Assembly (NCBI GenBank): GCA_002633005.1
Contig: NMRA01000024.1
Location: 1,269,903-1,333,902 of the forward strand
DNA: 64,000 nt
Source: Phoronis australis
Lineage: Eukaryota > Animalia > Phoronida
Reading direction: 5' to 3'
Positions 1-10,280 of this stretch are shown piece after piece. A program made the translations under genes and the position numbers. Below the pieces are notes generated by a model, which saw only the letters and a list, made by a program, of their open reading frames with translations, did not search any database and was not told where the DNA came from. Within the stretch, counting starts at the first letter, position 1. Each line of letters starts with the position of its first letter.

Positions 1-99
1 AGACCCCATTGGACTGCGGCTCAGTAGAAGTACACGAGACGACAATAAATGTTTCTTGAGAGTCAATAATAGCCAAACTAGACATCAGACAACCAAGAA

Positions 100-2560
100 T
101 TTCGAGACGAGTTACACTGAGGGTAAAAGCAGACACTGGTGCCAATAGAAACCTGCTTCCTATGCGATGTCTCAAACAGATGTATCCATACGAGAAGGAG
201 TAATTCAGAGTTCCAACGTCAAGTTGTCTGCTTTTCATGGCGCACTGATAAAACAATTTGGACACCTTGACCTACCACTTCGTTTCGATGGATCTGATTG
301 GAACACCTATCGTTTTTACATCTACGAGACTGATTACTCAGCTATATTGACTTGCGACGCTTCAGAAAAGCTTGTTATCGTGAGTGTAAAAGACAGTGTC
401 AACATTTCTGCAATGAGTGATAAGCCAGACAACACAGTGATCCCCATACCTAGCAAATGCGTACTCCAAGAATTGTATCCAGATAGGTTCATTGGGCATT
501 GGTGACCTGCCTGGAGCGTGCTACACAGAGCTCAAGAAAGACGCTGAACTCCTGGTCACACCACCACGTAAATACCCAGTACACTTGAAGGAAGAAATCT
601 GCAACAAACCCGTGGAAATGGAGCAAATGGGTGTCATAGCCAAGTGCGATGACGATGAAGCTTCAGAGTGGGTCAACGCCCTTGCATTCTCACGTAAATC
701 CAGTGGAGAACTAAGAGTTTGTTTGGACCCAAGAAAGCTAAACATTGCTATAAAGAGAACTTACCACAAAATACCCACCTTGGACGAAATAAGCCATCAG
801 CTGTCAGGATCAGTTGTGTACTCCAAACTAGATGCCAGACATGGATATTGAGGTATTAAGCTCACCACAAGTAGCAGGCTGAAGAAGATTGCGAGAGCAG
901 AAGGGTTATTATTTCGGTTGGAAATATGTGGCATACGGAAAGATAACGTATCGTTCTTTGGATCTATCTGGACAAAAGACGAATAAAACCAGATCCACAA
1001 AAATGCGACAACAATGCCAACAAACCTGAACCAACATCAGCAGCTGAACTGTCAAGTTGTCTGGGTTTGATTCAATGTCTCAGTCCCTACATACCACAGC
1101 TGTCAAGTAAAATACAGATCCTTAGACAGTTGATCAAGAAGAATGCTCCGTGGGAATGTACAGTTGAGTGCAAAGAAGCATTCGATTCGGTCAAACAAGC
1201 AATCAGCAAAGATATGCTACTGAGATATTTTGATCCTTGATTACCAGTAGAAATTGAAGTCGATGCGTCAATGCAAGGATTGGGTGCAGCGCTAACACAA
1301 CATGGCCGACCAGTTGCTTTTGCTTAAAAGAGACTGATTGTAGCCGAGACAAACTACGCTAACATTGAACGAAAATTACTGAGTGTTGTGTTCGGACTGG
1401 AGTACTTCCACTGTTATGTCTATGGAAAACCTGTAACACTATTCAGTAACCGTAAACTACTCCAATACATCAGTGTCAAGCATTTGAGTCAGGTTCCACC
1501 CCTCGTGCAACGGATGTTACTATGCATACGACCATACGAAATGGACATTTAGTACCGTCCAGGCAAAGAGATGGTTTATGCTAATTATCTGTCAAGAATA
1601 GCACCATCACATGGAACAGTCATTGTACATCTACATGACCCAGATATCTGAACCTCATCTTGCACGCGTCAAAGCTTCGACCCTGTCAGATATAGAGCTT
1701 TCAGTACTGCGTGAGCAAGTAGTACTCGGATAACCACAATATGCTTAACTGGTACCAAAGATGATCAGAACATATTGGTCGATGCGAGATTTCATATCAG
1801 TTGAAGATGGTGTGCTTTCCACTGGAAAGCGACTGATTGTTCCCAATAACATGAGACAACAATATCTAGAGCGAATACATACAGGTCACCCTAGTATTAC
1901 GAAGTCCCAGCAGCGAGCTATAGAAAGCCTGTACTGGCCCCACATGACTCCTGTTATTGAGCAACTTATCAAGGACTGCAAACCCTGTTTGGAAAATACT
2001 CGTCTTCCTGGAAAGGAAAAAAACGATTGCACATGAAATTCCGACACAGCCATGTCGAATACTGTCAAGTGATCTTTTTGAGTTAGAGAGATATACCTAT
2101 GTCTTACTGGTTGATCACTACAGCAAGATGCCATTTGCCAGACCACAGACGAAACAGTCAAGTTCAGAAGTAATCAAGTTTTGCAAGGATTTGTTTACTG
2201 TTCATGGAATTTACAAGCTTTTGTACAAAGACAACGGACCCCAATATTCAAGCAGTGAGTTCAGAAGCTTTTCTACTGAATGGGATTTTCAACAGCAGCT
2301 CGAAATGGTTTTGAGGAAATGGTGGTTGGAGTAGTCAAGCAGATTTTGCGAAAGGCAAAGCAATCGCAGACCGAACCGCAATATGCACTGTTATGCTACA
2401 GAAGTACGCCACTTGACTCGAAGCAGCCAAGCTCTGCCGAACTGTTATCGAACAGGAAGATCCGATGCAACCTACCAGATTATATCCCAAACCAGTCACG
2501 AGGTGACGAAGAGTATTATCTTCTCTGTGAGACGTCACAACGCAGTCAATGTTTTTAACA
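100..2560 (+). mobile_element. Decayed Ty3/Gypsy LTR retrotransposon pol (protease-RT-RNaseH-integrase), many stops and frameshifts
   Basis: Protease VKADTGANRNLLP (~123-161); RT LRVCLDPRKLNIAI and YSKLDARHGY (ORF 492-851); RNase H EVDASMQGLGAAL...YANIERKLLSVVFG (~1255-1410); integrase zinc finger IHTGH...CKPC (ORF 1761-2036) and core LVDHYSK...DNGPQY (ORF 1957-2334). PR-RT-RH-INT order is Gypsy-type. The YxDD part of RT appears to be missing. No LTR pair was recognised. Confidence 0.92.
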
Positions 2561-3095
2561 TTCATATCTGTTTCTCCTGAACCCGTTGCAGGATCTGTAT
2601 AAAGTATGACGAGTGTGATGCTATGAACGTGGTAACAGATAACCTCTTTCAGACGGATCCGAATACAACTCTATTATCATACGTTTATCTCTGTTTCTTC
2701 GGAGTTCCGGGACGGACTTTCATGAAACTTGGCAAGTGCGCTTATAATATGGAAACTACGAGGCTTTCGTATTTTTGGAAGAATTCGAGATAGTCCGCTC
2801 CACTTGGTGCCTATTTTGATCATAAAAAGCACCCTTACAAACATGCCGTTTGTGATGCAGTCGTGCGCGCATTTCAACCTCTTGTGTACATACGAGCTAA
2901 AGTTACATGTAATTTAAAACACTGTCTTCTGTTTCAGACATTTCCCAAAACAGCATAAGATTTTCTATTCCTAAGTCAAAACTATACCTGGTTAGTGCTT
3001 AGCCAAAATGCAAGGCATGCAATATACTCGTAATGATTTCCCATTGCACGTTGTATACTTTCAGAGTGTATATGGTGTAATTTCCACATTTGTAG

Positions 3096-3290
3096 ATTTC
3101 CACACTTATTGGGACGACACTAGTGTTGAATTACTTGCGTGCTGGATTGGCGACGGCCGCAGCATCGGAAGGACAAAAAACATTGACCTATTTCAGCATG
3201 GCGAATGAAGTTTCTTATTTAGTGTTCATGACACCCACATTCCTGTGTGTGAACGTTTTCCATCTTCTGACTGACATTCCCCAGTGTTGA
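3096..3290 (+). CDS. Terminal coding exon of an SLC52 (riboflavin transporter)-like paralog; upstream exon lies outside the window
   Basis: Acceptor catttgtag|ATT at 3095/3096, then an open frame ISTLIGTTLVLNYLRAGLATAAASEGQKTLTYFSMANEVSYLVFMTPTFLCVNVFHLLTDIPQC-TGA. This aligns without gaps to the last exon of the minus-strand gene (IFTIITMTLVMNYLRAALATVAASEGQKTLTYFSLVNECASTVFLAPTFLCVNVLHSLPDIPQC). Not in the ORF track. Confidence 0.85.
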   Translation: MSTLIGTTLVLNYLRAGLATAAASEGQKTLTYFSMANEVSYLVFMTPTFLCVNVFHLLTDIPQC

Positions 3291-3819
3291 GAAATCTGAC
3301 GGTATGTTTTCCTTGGCAATCTAAACCATGTGTGCTGCATCTTGGAGAAGCAGTCCTCCAGAATCTTAGTGCCTTGATGGCAGAATTCATTCCAAGTTCG
3401 AGACGAAGGAACAATGTGAGCGAAAGTTATAACTATTTCAAATTCGTGTGATAACGAGCACCTTTACATTACATGCCATCATAGGCGAATGAGACACGCA
3501 CCCGTCTGAATAATGTGCTGATCGTGTTAAAGCTCAGTCTCTCAAAAGTTTCCAATGAGGAGGATTCACCCTTGTATGCTGTAAACCTTGACGTGTCTGA
3601 ATTTCAGATCGTTTAGGAGCCGTTCACAATTATTGCCTTTTTCGCTAGCGTACAAACCATACATTTGGGAGGGTTGGGTACTTAACCAGACTTGCAGTTT
3701 TTAAACTGTCAACACAGATACACGAGAATAGTCCTTATACAATATTTTCGTTTTAGTATGCTTTCACGGGAAAGCGGTGTTGGGAAAAGTATACTTTATG
3801 AGCGCTCGTGCAAATGGCG

Positions 3820-4680
3820 ATAATTGAACGATCCCTTACCAATTTTGGTGTTTAAAAACGAAGGTCCCCTGAAAAATTGTAAGAGATGGTTTTTTGAAGA
3901 TGAAAAACTCGAGGTGGTTTCTAGTTACATGTATCTTGGTGTTGTGTTCACGCTAAAGTTATTATGGAGTATGGCTAATCAGCCTTGTCAGCCCAAGCCA
4001 CGAAGGTCACCGTTAAAGTCGACAAGCTACAAAGAAGTTTGGTCATGTTTCAGCCGCGTGTGGCTCTTGAAATATTTGATAAAATGGTTTACCCTACCTT
4101 GTGCTATGGACCCGAAATGTGGGGCTTACAAGAATACAGTTGGTTAGAACAAGTCTATATTAAATTTTGTAAGCGTGTGTTGGGTGTAGCTAATTCATGC
4201 TCAAACGATGCTGTACGGAGCGAATGTGGGCGGTTTAATCAATTTAATAAGGAATTCAAATTGGATTTTTTTTTCAGTTTCAGTAAACCACGTGCACAAA
4301 TTATGTCCATGGCACGTTTTCTTTGTTCCAGTCACAGTCTCATGGTTGAAGTAGGCAGGCACTTGAATTTGGATAGGGCAAACAGAGTGTTTCCCTTCTG
4401 CCCCAATCTGGTGGAAGTATCATTTCCATCTAAAGTGCGGTAAATATTCTGAACTGAGAGAAATTATATTGAAGAGTACTACTGGAATTTTCCGTCTGTT
4501 TTGAAGTTCAATAGATTAATGTCAACAAGTCATGTTGCTAAATTAGTTAGCCTATGTAAATGTGTATTTGAATGCTACTCATATTGCTGCACTCTTAAGT
4601 ATGTTACTTGTTCTTTGGTACAGTGGGCCTATGGATTTTATTACAGAAATAAATTGAAAATAAATAAAATAAAATAAATC
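3820..4680 (+). mobile_element. 5'-truncated non-LTR retrotransposon (LINE) 3' end, RT C-terminal region, with (TAAAA)n tail
   Basis: Motifs EVVSSYMYLGV, IFDKMVYPTLCYGPEMWG, KFCKRVLGV..SNDAVRSECG and SSHSLMVEVGRH are typical of LINE ORF2 C-termini. The frame is broken, and the element ends in aaataaataaaataaaataaa at ~4657-4678. Confidence 0.85.
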
Positions 4681-7600
4681 ATTCATAAACAACGAGCGCT
4701 ACGACCTGGGTTTCAATATGCATTTTTTTCTGCTTAGACTGGTTTTGCACAAAACATAGTCCAATTATTTCAACCATAAACCTTCAAGATCAAGAACGGT
4801 ATTGTATTGGACTGCCTCCAGCCACTGGGATAATTTATGTTAACACAATTTTCTTGTCATGAGAGCTGTCATGTAAACAATGGATATAACAAATTACCAC
4901 AACTGGTCATCCCTATATTAGAACTGCTGAAATCCCCGTTTTTGTCAAATGAAGTGCACCAAAGGTTCACATCCTTAGTTCACTTGACGAAAGTCGATTT
5001 TCGGCAGGTTTAATTTTGTTCCGCTATAAGACCGGTCTCAGATTGTTCTTATTCCTAAGACCTGTCTGTGCACTACGATTTTCCGTGTAGGAATCTGTGT
5101 GTACCCACGAAAAAGCAAGACTAATTGGCGCGTTCTGTAATAGGACTGCTCAGCACCACTCACATTTTAAGAAATCTACCCACAACTTAACACATGTGTC
5201 AAGCACTTGTCTTGCTTCTTTACATGCAAACGTACAAGTAACAATCTCATATCCCAATTATCAATGTAATGCTGGCAAGCTTGTATCATTGCATTTTAGA
5301 TACAATGCCGACACCAGGGAACGGTCTCTGATCTTTTTACTCTAAATGGAACTCGAAATTATGTTTGGCATTTTCTACTCTACTCTTGTGGGAACTAATG
5401 ATAAATGTCTATTATTCTATACTCGAGTACATAATAACTTACGTGGATATAATTTATTATTCATAGTTTGCAGTTGATAAACCCAACATTAAGACCAAAA
5501 GTTCGAGTATGAACTCGAAATTTCGAGATTTTACTCGAGTTTGTAGCACGAATATAAAGGTCTTCAAGTGAAAACTTGGACTAGAAACTCATCTTGAGTT
5601 CGCACAGAAGCTTCATAGAAACTGAGTTCGTTTGGAGTACAAACTAGAGACAGGGCCCAGGAAACTTACATAAAGTGAAATATCAGTCATAGGCTTTCAT
5701 GTGTAATATAGAAACTAACTTCTGTAGCCCAAATTCGCAAATTATTTTTCGAAACCACTTTCTAGTACCCAAGACATTCCCATACACTTTCTCCACGTGA
5801 TGACCGTTGTTCTTTTTCAAGTTGATGAATGTTAAAATGTACCCCTTTATTTTCAAAAAGTGAAAAATTTACCTTTTTCCCGTTTTACAATAGGTTTTGA
5901 GTAAAAACACTGAAGATGATTTTGAATGCATTAACGCACAGGAAAGTTGCCAATGGGATAATATTCATGCTAAAAACATCTTACCACGTGATATACTGTT
6001 TACATTTTGACAAAACTGTTGAACTGTGTCCGTCATGTGGCGCCATCTATTGTTCTCTAGTGTAGTTGATTGTATGTTCTCTTTTGTTTTGGAGATAATT
6101 AAGAAGGACACTTCCTGTTAACCCATGAGGGATGTTGTATTCACTTGTTTATACTGGCAAATAAATCCACAGTAAATCCGAACATAATGGCCTCATCCTC
6201 AACAAAAACTACTCAGATTATGTGCATTTTGTTTTCCTAGTCATTGTGTAGCTAATACATAGTGCATGTCATGTTTCAGATAAATTCTAAAAAAGGAGCA
6301 TTCATGTTAAGTTTCTGGGAATTTGAAAAAGTTATCTTTTATAGATTTGTTATGAGGAAGGTTTGAAAATCCACTCCCAGCAAGAAATTTCAAATTATGT
6401 GACGTAACAGCTCAAAGAGTTTAATTGTATCCATAGTAACATAATTCATTCACATTCCAATAGTCTTTTCTACTCTGCTATGCTTCACAACGTGTGAAAT
6501 ATACGTATTATCGTTGTGTAATTATTTTCCACAATATATTTAAACTTAAATGTGGGTCTGAGATAACCTTTGTCTGTACGTACATGTATTTGGTTAGCTC
6601 AACTTAAAGCGACATCTGAGTTCTCGCCAAAAGTTACTTATTAGTTTAACCTTCAGTTGAAATCTATATTTTCCACGACAACACAACATGGTTATGTACT
6701 CAAAATACAAATCAAAGCCTTTGGAATTTTTTTTCTTGAAGTTGATTTTAAAAAGTGGTTTTCAGCCAATTTTCTTGAAATTTGTCAAAATTTATGCTCC
6801 GAGAATTACTGTGATGAGGTTATAGTAATCACGAAAATGTTTTGAACTTCTTTAAACATCTTGGAATATCTTAATTCTTAACGTTCACCAAATTTCATAC
6901 CGACTTTGTCAGAATAGATATTTTGCCTTTTTTGAAAAAACAAGCATCACTTTCTCATCTCAGAATCGGCTGGAAATATCAAAATTATGTCGATTCTGTA
7001 CCTTTTGTAAAAACAATGGACGTGAGTCAATCGAACATCTATTTGTTCGCTGTTGTGTTACGCGTTCTTTTTGACACGATAATGTCAGCAAAGATAGACT
7101 CCGATAAAAATACAAGTCAATACTCTTTGAAATCCCTTTTGAAAAAGAAAACAAGGTACTCAACTGGTGTTGAATATATATAGCCCACCGTATCCCCTTG
7201 AGCACTGAACGTAACTTACGGTGCGCAGGCGCTACGTTCAAATGCCAAAAGGTGGTTGGCTGCGCCTACGTGCGCCTACGCCCCACTACAGCACTGTATT
7301 TATCCCATATATCCACGAACTCATTTGTATCGCGGCGATATCTTGTTGCTATGTGCTTTGGCTTAGTGTCATATGACGTCATATGTATGCTAAGCGTACC
7401 AGCGCCGGTTAAGCGCCATTGTTTTTAGAATTAACTCGGTGGTGTTGAATAACTTGTAAAGTTTTATTTCAGAATAAATTGAACGAAAATTTCAGTTTGT
7501 GAAATATACAGTTTCAAACAATGAACTATTTAATAAAATTTAAATGTTCTTCGGAATTCTAAACAATCCATCCGGGAACATAGAATTTGAAACCTTTGTG

Positions 7601-7859
7601 AACTAAGCAGTGTCGTCCACCAGGGTGTGCTCAATAATTTCTTAGTTTTCAGGGACAGGAATGGAAATACTGATGGAAATATTTCCGTCGTTGATTACAG
7701 CACCGGAAAATAGAGATGGAAACAGTATGGTTAGGTGGCTGTCACCCGAAGCTTGAGGTAACGACAGTATGAAGTGCTGTAGTTTCAACTGGCCGGGCCG
7801 CCGATGTAGCTGTAGAGGAGATCGTGTCAGTTGATTTGATGTGAGCTAATACCATTTCC

Positions 7860-8470
7860 TTTTGCTCTGCTCTATCTCCACTGGTGTAGGACAGTAGGTT
7901 CTTATGGCCAGTTAGGTGCACGATATTATTTGATGATATTCCTGATTTCATCAGACATTGACATGCAGTTTTCCGCAGGCTGTGATTCGTTTTTGCCCTG
8001 GTAAGTTACTTTGGTGACACATAGTGGACATCATTTTCGAAACGGTATTAACACCAACAGATTGCGCGGCTAACCAAAGACCAGACTTCGTTGTGTTTCA
8101 GTTAGGACGGTTATAAAATGGTGCGTCGTCTGTCATCATTTTCGCATGCTCCTTTCGCTTATATTTTTTGTAGGCTTCAATGGGTCAGTTTTGCGGATCC
8201 TCTGAAGTGGCGAACATTTTGAGATTGAGCGGTCTCAATTGACTTCCATCTTTTCGTGTTTTTGTTGTTCTGTCATTAAACTCCCAGTATTCGCCTGTGT
8301 TTGCAGACGATTTAAGTACGATGTCGTCCTATCTCAACTTTCTGTTTTCATCGCAACCCCCAATGCCGAACGTCTTAGTGTTGTTTAACCAGATTTGATT
8401 TAGGAGTGCACGTGGGTGACCAGGTCCTATGATCCCTTTCTCCTTTAGGATACTTTCCTCCATTTGACTT
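7860..8470 (-). mobile_element. Degenerate Crypton-like tyrosine recombinase fragment (DUF3504; ZMYM/KCTD1/QRICH1-related)
   Basis: Minus-strand translation gives EYWEFNDRTTKTR, MFATSEDPQN, DDAPFY, WLAAQSVGVNTVSKMM and TNHSLRKTACQCLMKSGISSNNIVHLTGHKNLLSY. These include the HxxR and GH...Y catalytic motifs of tyrosine recombinases, with stops and frameshifts. Confidence 0.8.
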
Positions 8471-8554
8471 AGCATTTCTGCCTTTCTTGGCCTTTTCAGG
8501 GAAAATTTTTATCAAAGTGATCGTGACTCTTTGAGTGAATTTGTCAAATTTCCT

Positions 8555-9930
8555 CGTGTATTCCAAGTTCACGTATATATACGCGATCTTGAAATTGAAC
8601 AGGATTCCAAGCTTTGCGCCAAGGCTAGAAGCCTACAATGTTATAGGAATTTAGTTTTGTGAGTATTGTACAGCAGACCAGCTTTAATTCGAGTACATCA
8701 TGTAATTATGAGCAAACCACTGCATGGAAATAACTTGTGCAAATCTTTCTAAGTAACAGTTATGGGTATATTCTGTGAATTTCGATTACTTTTTAGAAAT
8801 AAAAATGTGGAGCGTAAGACCAAATTTCTGTCTTAAGTCTTCAGTCACTTTTGCAAGAACCAGGCTCCAGGTATAAATCAAGAAGTTTTCCTTTGATGGC
8901 ACAGTCACAGTATGGTTGGTTGCCGGGTCAAGTTACTTTTGTCGACGGAAGAGCAATAATACACGTAAATCGTTTACAATTCGGAATGCAGTAGTCACAT
9001 GACTGAAAGTATTACAGATACTTGCCCGAAACAACACATCAAGCCAAATTACCCTCCGAGACAATACTTCAGATCGCCAAAATACCCCTCCCCCTCCCAA
9101 TTGGTGGCACATCCCTACTATGGTTGGTCCCCCTGGGAGTCCCAGGTCTCTGTGTAGCTGGGCTATAAATTTGTTAGGGAAAGGAAACACCCCAATTGTT
9201 TTTTTTTTGCGTAATATAACACCTATTTGCATAACTCAAAGTTACTTCTTTGGTCCTCAGCAGAAAACTTGATCATGGTTGTTCGCGAGACATCGAATAA
9301 GCTCCCCCAGTCAAATTTCACCGTATTCTTTGGGACTAAGATGACTCTGGTGAGAGGTGGTGTACACANNNNNNNNNNNNNNNNNNNNNNNNNNNNNNNN
9401 NNNNNNNNNNNNNNNNNNNNNNNNNNNNNNNNNNNNNNNNTTACGCTCGTAATTACGAGCGTAATTTTACGGCGACACTTTCCCCTCAACGGCCCACCAT
9501 ATACACAACCCCATTACGTTGCTGCAGAAAGGTTACATAACATAGGTTAGGACATATCAACAGAGGAACAGCAGTTAATTTCTCCGTTGTTCTGTAGTAG
9601 TTTACAGATATTTTCGGTGGCCCGAAAGTATTATCGCGCCTTTAGTTAAATTACTTTTTATTTTTCCTTTTTAACCTAGGTGGCATTTATTTACACCAGT
9701 GGGAATAATTTCCATCAGGGAGGAAATTATTTCAACCCAGATTGAAATTATTTCCACCTAGGTGAATAAGGAAAAACAAAAGGTGATTTAACTAAAATAC
9801 CTTTCGAGCCACCGTAGATATTTGCCCCTAAGATATCGAAAAAGTTCAATTTTCAAAGACGGGTTTAATTTTGTAGTCCGTTAGATACCCAAAATGAGTT
9901 GGAAATAGTTTGCTTTGTTTTATTTTTTAA
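8555..9930 (+). repeat. Copy A of a ~1.4 kb duplicated composite segment (copy B at ~31395-33430)
   Basis: Blocks are collinear in both copies, e.g. aggattccaagctttgc(g/a)ccaaggctagaagcct, cactgcatggaaataacttgtgcaa, accgtattctttgggactaag, ggttaggacatatca and ccaccgtagatatttgcccctaa. Copy A contains the N gap 9369-9440. Confidence 0.8.
9612..9817. mobile_element. ~205 bp MITE-like element with terminal inverted repeats (second copy ~33121-33335)
   Basis: cggtggcccgaaagtatt at the left end and aatacctttcgagccaccg at the right end are near reverse complements. Confidence 0.6.
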
Positions 9931-10280
9931 GAAAAGCGTGTTGCAGCTTTAGTGTACAGTGATGACTTGTCGTGACAACAATCTGTTACTCATTCTGTTT
10001 ACACGAACAGGTTGTAACCCGACATACAAGTTGGTCCGGATAACTATTTGCACAATCACTTCATTAGTTAATCACACATTTTCGAATGACGGTCAATACC
10101 ACTTTAAATCGGGCATGTAACGAAATGACGCTTTCTTATCAAACCCATTTGAGGTAACCATTAGGTCTCTCACACGGTAATTCTCGCTGCCCGTACTTGG
10201 AATGCTTTCTGCCATCCATAAACACGGGGCTTGTCCAAGGTACAGCGCAGATGGTTTGAACTTGTGACGCAGTTATTCCA

